From: a virus
Lineage: Duplodnaviria; Caudoviricetes
IMG/VR virus record: IMGVR_UViG_3300047160_036266
Coordinates: 160,001 to 224,000 of that record
Length of the DNA stretch: 64,000 bases
Direction: 5' to 3' (one strand)
A program made the translations under genes and the position numbers. Shown here piece by piece: positions 27,310 through 36,466 of this stretch. Position 1 is the first letter of the stretch. The number at the start of each line of letters is the position of its first letter. The notes under the pieces were generated by a model. That model was not told the DNA's origin. It worked only from the letters and a program-made list of their open reading frames with translations, and made no database searches.

Positions 27310-28682
27310 TACACCTTGGCGCGCTCCCTCACTTCCTCGAATGTCCATTCTCGCAACACTTCCCCGTTGCGAAATACCTCAACCAGCACATCTTCCCCAG
27401 GCCCGACCATCGGTAGGGTCTTATAACCGCCTCCCTGCCGCACCAATTTCATGCGCCCGGCCTTGCTGGCTTTCCCCTGATCGGTGACGGGCTGCTTGTA
27501 AACCTCCCGCTCCTGTCCATTGACAGTCACCGCTGCACACTTGAAGGCGAACTTGAGCGTGTCCCGATTCAGCTTTTGGAGTAAACCCCCGCCAGAACCA
27601 AAAGCAATGTTGTCGCCAGACCAGCCCCGATTCTTCATCGCCAGCAGGATCGCTCCCAAGGTGTCGAAGTCGATCCCATCGCCCTGGATGATACGGACGT
27701 GCGGATTTAACACCTTGAATCCCTTGGAGTTCCTTTCGTAGCCGAAAGCCTCTCCCAGCACATCCAGAACGGTGGGCACCACGGTGGTAGGCTCCCCGGA
27801 ATCAGGCCGGATCACCACCGTGCCGTTGCGCCCCAGGACCATCTGACGGAGTTCCTGGCCCCAATACTTCTCGCACGCCTGGAAGATGTTGAAGGAGTCG
27901 CTGACGACGGCCACCAGGCCCTCCGGGAACTGCTCCAGCATGTTGCGGAAGGCAGCTACCTCGAAATCCTTACCCCAGGACGTGATCGTGGAGTGTTCGG
28001 CGGCGGGAATTGAAAAACCGGCCATGTTGCAGCCGTAGTAATCACGGGCGACCTGCGGCCCTGCGAGCGTGTCTGTGCCAAGGAAGCTCACCAGATGTGC
28101 GGCACCGCCCACTCCGGCTGTCTCCACGGAGGAAACACCACGGAAACCGAAGTCATGGAGCTTGAATCCAACCAGGGCTGGATCGCCCGTTTCCCGCAAG
28201 TTATCGAGGAGAATCCTCTTCATCTCCCGGCTCTGGGTGGCCACCGTGCAGCCATACCAGACCTGTACCAGAAGAGTCTCCAGGTAGTTGGTCAGCCAGT
28301 AGCACTTGGGGTCGGTATTTTCGATGGTCATGAGGACGTTGTGGTTAGGAACCACCGTCCCTTCAGGCACCGCTTTGATGCTGACCGGCAACATGCCGTG
28401 GTGCTTCTTCAGGATATATTCCCAGCCCTCCCGGTTGAAGAGCTTGGCGTTGCCGAAGTGTTTGGCGAAGAAGTCTTCCGCCTGGTCGATGAAAACGGGC
28501 CAGATGCGGACGTTCTGAAGGTAGGTCTTGAGATAATACTGGAGGCCGAAGAAAACGACCTCCTTCCAGCGCCCGCCCCGTGATTCGTAGTAGGAGTACA
28601 CCGTCTCGGTGCCGGGCGGGTACTGCTTGTGGTGGCTCACCTTGTAAGAGTCGGTGAGCAGGATGATGTTGTTGGCGTTCAT
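27309..28682 (-). CDS. nadV: Nicotinamide phosphoribosyltransferase (NAMPT)
   Basis: LTDSYKVSH, LHDFGFRG, PAAEHSTITSWG, VSDSFN, IRPDSG, IIQGDG, FGSGGGLLQ. Confidence 0.95.
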   Translation of the reverse strand: MNANNIILLTDSYKVSHHKQYPPGTETVYSYYESRGGRWKEVVFFGLQYYLKTYLQNVRIWPVFIDQAEDFFAKHFGNAKLFNREGWEYILKKHHGMLPVSIKAVPEGTVVPNHNVLMTIENTDPKCYWLTNYLETLLVQVWYGCTVATQSREMKRILLDNLRETGDPALVGFKLHDFGFRGVSSVETAGVGGAAHLVSFLGTDTLAGPQVARDYYGCNMAGFSIPAAEHSTITSWGKDFEVAAFRNMLEQFPEGLVAVVSDSFNIFQACEKYWGQELRQMVLGRNGTVVIRPDSGEPTTVVPTVLDVLGEAFGYERNSKGFKVLNPHVRIIQGDGIDFDTLGAILLAMKNRGWSGDNIAFGSGGGLLQKLNRDTLKFAFKCAAVTVNGQEREVYKQPVTDQGKASKAGRMKLVRQGGGYKTLPMVGPGEDVLVEVFRNGEVLREWTFEEVRERAKV

Positions 28683-28725
28683 GTAACCTCCTTGGCCCAA
28701 TTGTACGTCAGGAAAGCTTCACTGT

Positions 28726-29154
28726 TTAGTCAAGGTCCAGACGCAGGCCCAGGTTGTACCGACGAAAGCCGACCTTCTCGTAGAACGGGGCGACTTCTTC
28801 TGTGCAGTCGAGAGTGAGCTTGTAACAGCCGTTCGCTTTTGCCAGTTCCACGGCTCTTTCCATGAGCTTCTGGCCGATGCCCTCTTTTTGAAATTCCCGA
28901 TGTACTGCCACGTCCTCGACGTGTCCCACCTTGCCGCACCCGTGAATGTACTTTTGTTCAATGAACAGGGTAAGGGTGCCAACAATGCGCTCGCCCAGCT
29001 TAGCGACGAGGGTATGATACCCCCAGCGGTGGTTATAGGCCACTGCGGCGAGGGAGTAATCAGCGGGTTTGGTCGGTGTCAGGGCATTCAGACACTCCCA
29101 AAAATCCTGGCTGGTCACGTCCTTATAATCTGCCGGTTCTATGGACAGGTGCAT
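28726..29154 (-). CDS. GNAT acetyltransferase, glucosamine-6-phosphate N-acetyltransferase (GNA1)-like
   Basis: LFIEQKYIHGCGKVGHVEDVAV...GCYKLTLDC...FYEKVGF. Confidence 0.82.
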   Translation of the reverse strand: MHLSIEPADYKDVTSQDFWECLNALTPTKPADYSLAAVAYNHRWGYHTLVAKLGERIVGTLTLFIEQKYIHGCGKVGHVEDVAVHREFQKEGIGQKLMERAVELAKANGCYKLTLDCTEEVAPFYEKVGFRRYNLGLRLDLD

Positions 29155-29726
29155 TTAATCTTCTCCACGACTTGCTTCATGTCTGACCAGACCAGGCCCT
29201 TGCATTCTTTCTGCAAATCGGGGTCTTGGAAGCGGAGGAGATAGGCGGGGTGAAAGGTCGGCATCACGGGGATGCCGTTGTACTCTTTCCAGAGGCCCCG
29301 CAGTCGGCTAATGGGCGTATCCACCTGGAGGAGATACTGTGCAGCCGTCGCCCCCAGACAGACGATCACCTTGGGGTTGATGGTGCGGATTTGTAATTTC
29401 AAAAATCCAGAGCAGTTGTCGGCCTCCTCCGGTTCCGGGGCGCGATTGCCTGGAGGGCGGCATTTGACGATGTTCGCAATATAAACATCGTCGCGTTCCC
29501 AGCCGCACGCCTTGATGATGTTGTTGAGAAGCTTTCCGGCCCGGCCCACAAAGGGTCGGCCCTCCTTGTCTTCATTCTCGCCCGGCCCCTCGCCAATAAA
29601 CATGACGTGGGCCGAACAGTTCCCTTCGCCAAACACGGTCTGGGTCCGGGAGGCCACCAGTTCGGGACATTTGGTACACTCACAGACCTTTTGCTCTACG
29701 AGGGAGAGCGCTTCATATTTTTTCAT
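29139..29726 (-). CDS. Uracil-DNA glycosylase family 4
   Basis: CTKC, GEGPGENED, FVGRAG, KCRPPGNR, TFHPAYLLR. Confidence 0.95.
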   Translation of the reverse strand: MKKYEALSLVEQKVCECTKCPELVASRTQTVFGEGNCSAHVMFIGEGPGENEDKEGRPFVGRAGKLLNNIIKACGWERDDVYIANIVKCRPPGNRAPEPEEADNCSGFLKLQIRTINPKVIVCLGATAAQYLLQVDTPISRLRGLWKEYNGIPVMPTFHPAYLLRFQDPDLQKECKGLVWSDMKQVVEKIKCTCP

Positions 29727-30453
29727 CGCGTTTTCGGAATTTAGAAGCCTGGATGCAACTCTGCAAATAGCAGTCGATGCTTTCCCCGCAGTCGGCCCAA
29801 TAACCCTTGATGCGATGCGCCCTGAGCCGGCCCTGCGCCAAATATCGGTTGTTCAAGTCCGTGATTTCAAGCTCGTTGCGCTTGGACGGCTTGAGCGAGC
29901 GAATGAAATCCCAGACCCCGCTATCGTACATATAAAGGCCAATAGCAATCAAGTTCGATTTTGGCTCCTTTGGCTTTTCCACTATTTCCAATACCCGATC
30001 CTGGTCGTCTACCAATACCACGCCGTACCATTCGGGGTGAGCTACTTCGGTCAGGAAAATGCGTGCCCCTTCGGGGTTGGCCACAAAGTCCTGCACTGCT
30101 TCGGTGAATGGTTCTTCCAAAATGTTGTCGGCCAGGAGGACACAGATAGGCTCGCCGCAGGCCCATTCTTCGGCCAGGCCCAGGGCGTGGGCGATACCGG
30201 CTGCCTCTTTTTGATAGGTGTAAGCGACGTGCTTGAGGCCGAATTCCTCGCCGTTGCCGACGATTCTCAAAAACTCGCCCACGGCGTTGCCGCCACAGAC
30301 CAGCAATATATCGCGCACCCCGCTGTCCACAAGGGACTGGATGGGGTAGTAGATCATCGGTTTGTCATAAACCGGCAACAGGCATTTGTTGGTCACTTTG
30401 GTGAGTGGGTACAGTCTGGTCCCCAGCCCACCGGCAAGAATAATTCCACGCAT
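29713..30453 (-). CDS. rmlA: Sugar-1-phosphate nucleotidyltransferase (short RmlA/SpsI-like)
   Basis: GIILAGGLGTRLYPLT...LLPVYDKPMIYYP, EKP, ELEITD. Confidence 0.9.
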   Translation of the reverse strand: MRGIILAGGLGTRLYPLTKVTNKCLLPVYDKPMIYYPIQSLVDSGVRDILLVCGGNAVGEFLRIVGNGEEFGLKHVAYTYQKEAAGIAHALGLAEEWACGEPICVLLADNILEEPFTEAVQDFVANPEGARIFLTEVAHPEWYGVVLVDDQDRVLEIVEKPKEPKSNLIAIGLYMYDSGVWDFIRSLKPSKRNELEITDLNNRYLAQGRLRAHRIKGYWADCGESIDCYLQSCIQASKFRKRDEKI

Positions 30454-30476
30454 ACCCTCATTATAGCTGCCACATA

Positions 30477-30512
30477 AAAGAAAACGCCACGGTTGCCCGT
30501 GGCGTTTTCTTT
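30477..30512. terminator. Intrinsic terminator
   Basis: Perfect 16-bp stem AAAGAAAACGCCACGG-TTGC-CCGTGGCGTTTTCTTT. Confidence 0.85.
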
Positions 30513-30715
30513 TAGTCGTGCTGGTTTTCCACCTTCTGCATGGCCTCCTGCCAGGCATTGAATACCGGGGCGGTCATCGCCAGGCGGTATAACTCAGCCC
30601 GGTCAGCGCCATTCTGGAGCCAATGCTCAAAGACCGGGGCCAAGGCAGCACGCAGGTCACGCTCCAGAAGCTTGCCGTCTTCGGTCCAGTTGCCATTATC
30701 CAAGAACAGGTTCAT
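30512..30715 (-). CDS. Small hypothetical protein
   Basis: 67 aa; AAAGGAAAG upstream; overlaps the Thg1 end. Confidence 0.6.
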   Translation of the reverse strand: MNLFLDNGNWTEDGKLLERDLRAALAPVFEHWLQNGADRAELYRLAMTAPVFNAWQEAMQKVENQHD

Positions 30716-31529
30716 CGGCTTTCCTTTCCACCACTGGCTCGGCAGCCTCGAAGATGACCGCTGGCCTGTTGGTGACTTTGCCGAACGGCGGCATGTCGAT
30801 CTGGACGTATTCCGTCCGTTCGATCATCAGTTCCGGGTTGGACCGGGCCTGGTGACGCTCCGGCAGCTTGTCCAGTTCTTCGGCGCTGAACTTGCGGCTG
30901 CGCACCCGCCGCTGGATGAACGTGCCCCGTTTGAAGAACGCCGGGTAGTCGTTCCAGTTGATGTTCTTCTGGCTCCACAGCATCTCCTGCATCTCCGGGC
31001 CGCTCTTGTTGTCCACTTGATTGTGGCTGAAATAAGCCCGTGCGGCCATCGAGATGGAGTTCTTGGTGGCGTCCTTTTCGCGCCACAGGAAGACGTTGGC
31101 CCCTTCATCGAGATTGGGGACGTTCCACACCCGGCAGTCGAAATTGGCCAGGTCGTCCGCCGTTTCCCCGAAGAAGCACAAATACTTCATGTTGAAATAG
31201 GTCGCGCACATCGAGGCCAGCACCGACACCATCTTCTGGATGCGACCGTCGAAGAAAATCTGGCTGGAGTAATCCGGGGCCAGCCAGGCGAGCGTAATCT
31301 CGTCCGATTGCGTGTAGCCCATGCAGGCGTTCGTCTCGCGCACCAGATAAAGCGTGGTGTCGATCATGAGATCGGAGAGGCGCTTGTCGTAGGGCCGCTC
31401 CATGTGCCGGGTGAACTTGTGGAATGCCTTGCCGTCCAGGCGGGCGCAGGCGGGCAGCAGTGGCATGAGCTTCCGCCCTGCCTCCGCACCTTCGTAGAGT
31501 TTCATCCGGTCGCCAAACTCATCGTTCAT
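30696..31529 (-). CDS. tRNA(His) guanylyltransferase Thg1-like protein
   Basis: RMKLYE, RLDGKAFHKFT, YTQSDEI, FDGRIQK, FDCRV, WREKDATKNSISM. Confidence 0.93.
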   Translation of the reverse strand: MNDEFGDRMKLYEGAEAGRKLMPLLPACARLDGKAFHKFTRHMERPYDKRLSDLMIDTTLYLVRETNACMGYTQSDEITLAWLAPDYSSQIFFDGRIQKMVSVLASMCATYFNMKYLCFFGETADDLANFDCRVWNVPNLDEGANVFLWREKDATKNSISMAARAYFSHNQVDNKSGPEMQEMLWSQKNINWNDYPAFFKRGTFIQRRVRSRKFSAEELDKLPERHQARSNPELMIERTEYVQIDMPPFGKVTNRPAVIFEAAEPVVERKADEPVLG

Positions 31530-31557
31530 TTTTCGTCTCCTCGCTGGTAGATAGTGT

Positions 31558-32139
31558 ATGAACTTCAGACAGTGGTTAGAGAATAACCAAACCGCCGCAG
31601 ACATTCAGAAAGCCCTTGGGGGTATGGCGGGTGGACTTAAAATTGGTGCCCTCGTCAAAGCTGCCGTTCTATTCGTTCAGGGGCGTGATGCCGAGATGAA
31701 CTCCTTTATGGTAGGCTTCGACCAAAAGAGAAAACAGCAATTTCTGGACTTCTTGAAGACGCATCTCCCACAAAAACACCCTGGGCTTAGTAGTTCCCAG
31801 GTTTATGGCGACCCTGGCTTCGACAAATTCCGCAAGACCGCCCTGGAGCCTTTTATCGAAAAACTGTTTGGGGAACAGGACGCCGAAAAGCAGGCCCCGA
31901 AGCAGTTCAGCATTATTGGCTACCTGAAGAGTCAAGGGGTTGAGGTTGAACAAAGTCCCGATGGTATCATTTATACCAAAGGACCGCCACCCTGGGGCAA
32001 TCATGCCTTTCATATCAGGAGCGGGACCGTTGGGGTTCGCAACCGTGCTACCGGCAAGATGGTTTACCTCCCTCCAGTAAAGACTCCCCAGGAAGCCGAA
32101 GATGCAATCAAGCGAATTATTACCGGCGGTGCTATATAA
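31558..32139 (+). CDS. Hypothetical protein with FRQW signal
   Basis: MNFRQWLE; TAGATA-GTGT-ATG. Confidence 0.7.
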   Translation: MNFRQWLENNQTAADIQKALGGMAGGLKIGALVKAAVLFVQGRDAEMNSFMVGFDQKRKQQFLDFLKTHLPQKHPGLSSSQVYGDPGFDKFRKTALEPFIEKLFGEQDAEKQAPKQFSIIGYLKSQGVEVEQSPDGIIYTKGPPPWGNHAFHIRSGTVGVRNRATGKMVYLPPVKTPQEAEDAIKRIITGGAI

Positions 32140-32155
32140 ACTCGGAGGTTGAAAT

Positions 32156-32599
32156 ATGCAAACATTCCTTGAGTGGGCGGATGATAACGGTTTATTGTTG
32201 GAAGCCGCTTTGGTTAAGTATTTATTTCCCAAGCAGTGGGGTAAGTCCGCCGATGACATGGGACAGAAGGGGTTCGCCATCTATGGCGTACCGATAAATC
32301 CCCAAACCATGAAGCCGGCTGGCTCAACAATCGCCGTGTGGGCCAAGGACATCCGGCGAGCCACCCAGGAGGAAGGCCAGTTCGGCAACAACTTCGTCCT
32401 GCAAGTCGTGCCGGACCCCAGGTTTGTTCGACAGGCCGGCAACATTCACATGCTCATCCTGGGCGCTGAGAGAGCCAACCAGTTGCTCGATGAATTTGAA
32501 TCCTTCCAGAAGCAGCAAGCGATGGCGCAAGCTCAAAGTCAGGTTCGTCGTGTGCCTGGCAGCCGGGGCATGTTCCTTGGGAGAACCGGAACCGAGTAA
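32156..32599 (+). CDS. Hypothetical protein with FLEW signal
   Basis: MQTFLEWADDNGLLLE; TATATA and GGAGG upstream. Confidence 0.7.
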   Translation: MQTFLEWADDNGLLLEAALVKYLFPKQWGKSADDMGQKGFAIYGVPINPQTMKPAGSTIAVWAKDIRRATQEEGQFGNNFVLQVVPDPRFVRQAGNIHMLILGAERANQLLDEFESFQKQQAMAQAQSQVRRVPGSRGMFLGRTGTE

Positions 32600-32610
32600 C
32601 TATATACGGC

Positions 32611-33210
32611 ATGTGGCGATTCCGTGAATATGTTGAATCCAGGGACAAATCCTTTAGCGAACTATGGCAACGGAGTGCGGGCTTACTCGGCTCCAAACAG
32701 GCCAAGCTCGCCCCTCCGTCAGCCCAACCTGCCGCAACAGCCCCAGCACAACAAAAAAACTGGCTGACGCCTGTGCCGCAGCACACGGGCGGGCACCTTA
32801 CACTTTACCGTGGCATCGGCGGTGACTTCGATCCACATTACTACAGCGCCCAACAAGCGTGGAGCATGGACCTAGAAACCGCCTATGAGTATGCCCTCAA
32901 AAACGCCAATGCCCAAGACACCCTCCCAACCGTTGTAAAAACGACGTTGCCAGGACATCTTCTCGATCCAAACCGTATAGGCATACCCACGGACAAAGCA
33001 GTTATGCACGCCAGCGGAACCGCCATTGTAGACATACCGCCGCCCGTATTACAAAAGCTGAAGGTCGAAGTTATCCCCCAACAGGAATTGGACCATAAAT
33101 TTCCATACAACGCTAAATGGGCGTACCAATTACGACAAGCGGCCCACCGGGCTGCTCATGGTATGGACCCCAATGCGGAGGAAGACTGGATGATTTCGGT
33201 GGACGATTAG
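32611..33210 (+). CDS. Hypothetical protein with ADP-ribosyltransferase-like motifs and FREY signal
   Basis: MWRFREYVE; LTLYRG...WSMDLETAYEYA; TATATA-CGGC-ATG. Confidence 0.55.
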   Translation: MWRFREYVESRDKSFSELWQRSAGLLGSKQAKLAPPSAQPAATAPAQQKNWLTPVPQHTGGHLTLYRGIGGDFDPHYYSAQQAWSMDLETAYEYALKNANAQDTLPTVVKTTLPGHLLDPNRIGIPTDKAVMHASGTAIVDIPPPVLQKLKVEVIPQQELDHKFPYNAKWAYQLRQAAHRAAHGMDPNAEEDWMISVDD

Positions 33211-34463
33211 TGATATTCGGTCCCTTCCTTCCGCTCCAGGTACTTGAAGTTGATCGCCTTCACCGCAGCCCGGTCGAAGAACTTGCTTGGATGGTTCTCA
33301 GTGCGTTCCTGGGTCGTGACAATAACGACACCCTCACGCTCCTTAAAGCTGCCGGCCTGTTCCGGGGCGCACATGGTCGTAGCCCCGCCGACATATTCAT
33401 CGACCTTGGCCCGTGAGTACGGACCACGGTAAATCTCCGGCACCATGCCGACCCGGAACCGCTTGGTGGCGGCGAGCAGATCGTCATAGCCCAGGTACTT
33501 GCCATCAACCGTGATGGCGAACACCCGGAAATCCCACTGACCGTTCTGGAAGCCGTAGGCCATGTCCTGCACCCCGGAGCCGAAAACCTCTCCGAAGCAG
33601 ACGATGTTGTGCTGACCGTTGCACAGATGCAGCAGCAGATCACGGATACCTGGCCGGTCCAGAACCTCGAAGAACTGGCTCCGCTTAGTGATCTCGAAGA
33701 ACCACTCCTTCTCCTGCTCGACCAGAGCCTCTTCCCCGGTGGGCTTGCCGCTTTCATCACGGACAGGCTTCATCACCTGTTCCATGACCACCATGCCGTC
33801 CGGGCCGTATTCGGTGCGGCGCTTTCGCTGGGTCTGCATCTCCTTCCGGCGCACGTCATGGCTCCCGGCCATGAACCGCCAGATCGGGGTGCCGTCGTCC
33901 TTGGTGTCCCGGATCAGGCCGACACGGCAGTTCTTACCGTGCAATTTTTCGGTGAACACCACTTCCTCGCCGTCTTTGAGAACGTCGGGGAAGTTCATGA
34001 TGTTTTCCAGGGTGAAGTACCTGTGGAACGCCGGGTGGTCGCGCTCGGCGTCACCGTCCGTGCAGTCCAGAGGCGGTTCCCACTTGCTCAGGTTGTAGTG
34101 GTCCACCACGCTCTGGCCCACCGGCCAGTCCGGGTTTTCCAGGGCCATCGGGAAGCCGTAGGACGGCTCGCCCCGCAGGCGGGCCACCTTGACGCGCACC
34201 CCGATCACATCGCCGCTCTGCTCGTCCTTGACGGGCGAGCCGTACTTGGTGACGTTCAGGCGGTCGGCTAGGGCCAGCGGCAGGATCGTGTCCGGGGGAA
34301 TGTAAACGATCTTATCCCCCTCCACGAACTGCGTCTTGCCGGTCTTGTCATCCCGCTGGATGCAGGTGCGCCAGCCCTTGACCGTGGCGATTGCCATTCG
34401 GTCGGCGTTCGGGTGCTTCTCTACCTTGTCCACCCGACAGACTTCAACGATCAGACTGGACAT
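33207..34463 (-). CDS. RNA ligase (DRB0094/Rnl2-like, N-terminal OB domain)
   Basis: KHPNADRM, TEKLHG motif I, FGEVFG, EREGVVI motif IV. Confidence 0.9.
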   Translation of the reverse strand: MSSLIVEVCRVDKVEKHPNADRMAIATVKGWRTCIQRDDKTGKTQFVEGDKIVYIPPDTILPLALADRLNVTKYGSPVKDEQSGDVIGVRVKVARLRGEPSYGFPMALENPDWPVGQSVVDHYNLSKWEPPLDCTDGDAERDHPAFHRYFTLENIMNFPDVLKDGEEVVFTEKLHGKNCRVGLIRDTKDDGTPIWRFMAGSHDVRRKEMQTQRKRRTEYGPDGMVVMEQVMKPVRDESGKPTGEEALVEQEKEWFFEITKRSQFFEVLDRPGIRDLLLHLCNGQHNIVCFGEVFGSGVQDMAYGFQNGQWDFRVFAITVDGKYLGYDDLLAATKRFRVGMVPEIYRGPYSRAKVDEYVGGATTMCAPEQAGSFKEREGVVIVTTQERTENHPSKFFDRAAVKAINFKYLERKEGTEYH

Positions 34464-34663
34464 GCTTCTTCCAACCTCACTTCCTCGATCTTCTTGACCT
34501 TGCAGACGGGAGGGACGACTGCCATCCCGTCCACGGTATCCACCGCCACCATCACTTCGTCGTCGTCCACACTCACGACGGTGCCGGCGTAATCGACTTC
34601 GATGACCATGCAGCGCTTGTGGCCCAGGTCTTCGCTAAACGTCACCCGCTGCCCGACCATCAC
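34451..34663 (-). CDS. Small hypothetical protein
   Basis: 70 aa; GGAGAGG SD. Confidence 0.55.
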   Translation of the reverse strand: MMVGQRVTFSEDLGHKRCMVIEVDYAGTVVSVDDDEVMVAVDTVDGMAVVPPVCKVKKIEEVRLEEACPV

Positions 34664-34997
34664 TCCTCTCCTTCATCGCTTGCAAAATAAGACCCTCCAG
34701 TTCGGTCCATTTCTGCTTGTTGTAAGTGGGGGTTTCCTGGTCCTTGCCCCACAGCCGGTGGAAGGCTCCCCACAGTTTTTCCTCCGTGGTGGGCTGGTCG
34801 GTTTCCACAGGCCCGACCCCGACCTGGGCCACCCGGCCACACTGGCACAGGTAAAAACCGGGCAAGCCATCCTCGTACTCCTTGGGCTGCAAGAGCCGCA
34901 GGGGGCGCTTGCAGACAGGACACTTGCTGCCCTCGCACTGGATGACGATATATTTCGCCTTGCAACGATGCCTCCAAGCCATTGCGTCGTCAATCAT
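34635..34997 (-). CDS. Zinc-ribbon hypothetical protein
   Basis: CPVC...CQCG. Confidence 0.6.
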   Translation of the reverse strand: MIDDAMAWRHRCKAKYIVIQCEGSKCPVCKRPLRLLQPKEYEDGLPGFYLCQCGRVAQVGVGPVETDQPTTEEKLWGAFHRLWGKDQETPTYNKQKWTELEGLILQAMKERSDGRAAGDV

Positions 34998-35283
34998 TGG
35001 GTTCCTCTATTTTGGGTCCGAAGCGAAGACTCGTATCCACACCCCATCTGCCCTGCCAGTCCCACCCTTTGAGTTCGGGACCACCGTGGTTGGGGCCTGC
35101 CACCCAGGTATCGTTATACGCCGAGTGAACATGCACCCCACGGTCTTTGAACAGCGTGATAAAAGCAGGGCAGACGGTGATCTTGTTCCGCTTGTTGCGG
35201 TATTTTATCCAGTACCAGCCCTCCTCAGCGGGTGTTTTCTTGCTCCACCTGACTTTCACAAACTTCCTCCGGGGCCGGGCCAA
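34990..35283 (-). CDS. Hypothetical protein
   Basis: 97 aa; WSKKTPAEEGWYW motif. Confidence 0.55.
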   Translation of the reverse strand: MARPRRKFVKVRWSKKTPAEEGWYWIKYRNKRNKITVCPAFITLFKDRGVHVHSAYNDTWVAGPNHGGPELKGWDWQGRWGVDTSLRFGPKIEEPND

Positions 35284-35515
35284 CCGGGCGTGACCCCCAA
35301 TACGCCCACACTTCCGCCTTCAGGCCCAGGTAAAGGCTCTCCGGCATGGCGTTGTACTCATTTCGGTAGTGTACTGCCATTCGGTGGTCGCCGTAAATCG
35401 CCAACCGCATTTTTCCGAAAGGGCGTTGTCCGACTTCAAAATAGGACAAACAACGCCCGCCGGGCAGCCTCAGCCGGTACTGGTAGCGGCGCTTGCGTTT
35501 ACGTCGAAGGTTCAT
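35225..35515 (-). CDS. Hypothetical basic protein
   Basis: ATGA overlap with upstream stop; overlaps the next gene by ~60 nt. Confidence 0.45.
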   Translation of the reverse strand: MNLRRKRKRRYQYRLRLPGGRCLSYFEVGQRPFGKMRLAIYGDHRMAVHYRNEYNAMPESLYLGLKAEVWAYWGSRPVGPAPEEVCESQVEQENTR

Positions 35516-35991
35516 AGCCGCAAGCACTCCGGGTAGCCGGGCAGGGCCGGCTCGTCGCCGTCCTCCATCATCTCACGAGCCGCCAGGGCCATCTCGTGCC
35601 AGAACATCGACCGGCGGGCACCGATGTCGTGTGGGTCTTGCCAGTCCATCTTCCCGCACTTGGAGCAATTCCAGTTGCCGCCAATGCGGATTCGGGCCTC
35701 GTAGCGCTCACAGGCCCACTTCAACTCGTCCCAGGCCAGCATGAACTCGTTTTGCTCCAGGTACTCGTTGAACGACCAGCCGCCCTTGCCCATGTGCCTG
35801 GTAATCAGGCCGGGGGCGTTTTCTTTCTTGGCCTTCTTCGCCTGGTTCTGCTTGACGATCTCGGCCATCCGCTCGTCCGTAAGCGGCAGAACCAGGCGAG
35901 CGTGCTTCAGGTGCTTAATGATCCGTTCCCATTTGGTATCCTCCTTGCGGGGAATCAGCTTGCCGGCCTTCAGGTCTTCTAGCCAGGACAC
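35512..35991 (-). CDS. Hypothetical protein
   Basis: 159 aa, GTG start, CSKC motif. Confidence 0.6.
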   Translation of the reverse strand: MSWLEDLKAGKLIPRKEDTKWERIIKHLKHARLVLPLTDERMAEIVKQNQAKKAKKENAPGLITRHMGKGGWSFNEYLEQNEFMLAWDELKWACERYEARIRIGGNWNCSKCGKMDWQDPHDIGARRSMFWHEMALAAREMMEDGDEPALPGYPECLRL

Positions 35992-35995
35992 GGTA

Positions 35996-36439
35996 TTACT
36001 CCTTGGGTTCGGACTCCAGCTTCTTGAAAACGGCGTGAGCCTTCTGCACGTCTTCCTGCTTGCCGCAGTGGGGGCAGGTGACGACGAACTCGCATTGGCT
36101 CAAGTCCCACTGTATATTCTTATTGAGGGCGGCGTCCACTGTAAAGCGCTTCTTGCACTTGCACTCGTACACGTCGCGCCGGGAAATCTTGAAAATGTTC
36201 CCCTTGACCTTCGAGAGAATATGCTCGTCCATCGCCCGGTGGAAGACCCGGCCCTTGCCCAGCCAGTGCCGCTTCTGGGCCTTCTTCTTAAATTGCTGGG
36301 CCTTGCCCCAGGCAATATTGGAGAACGCCAGCATCAGGCGGTCCCAGGAGACGCATTCGAGCATCACCTGAGCGAAATCCTGGGGTGTCGCTTGGGCAAG
36401 CAGCTTCTTCAGCCGCCGCCTGGTGATCGGCTTCGTCAT
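35996..36439 (-). CDS. Zinc-ribbon hypothetical protein
   Basis: CKC...CPHC; AGGAG SD. Confidence 0.65.
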   Translation of the reverse strand: MTKPITRRRLKKLLAQATPQDFAQVMLECVSWDRLMLAFSNIAWGKAQQFKKKAQKRHWLGKGRVFHRAMDEHILSKVKGNIFKISRRDVYECKCKKRFTVDAALNKNIQWDLSQCEFVVTCPHCGKQEDVQKAHAVFKKLESEPKE

Positions 36440-36466
36440 GGCTTGGTGGCTCCTAGACGGTGGGGG

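Noticed and set aside
28700-28733. TTGACT...TACAAT promoter upstream of NAMPT
   Set aside because: Spacer is 22 nt, too long for a sigma70 promoter
29139-29726. UDG as evidence of a uracil-containing or otherwise modified genome
   Set aside because: An intact family-4 UDG argues against dU-DNA and is common in large phages; no base-modification genes were recognised
30540-31550. 336-aa + strand ORF and similar long antisense ORFs (247-690, 17010-17786, 29512-30477, 41400-42174, and many within 50176-59430)
   Set aside because: Shadow frames of GC-rich real genes; no motifs or start signals
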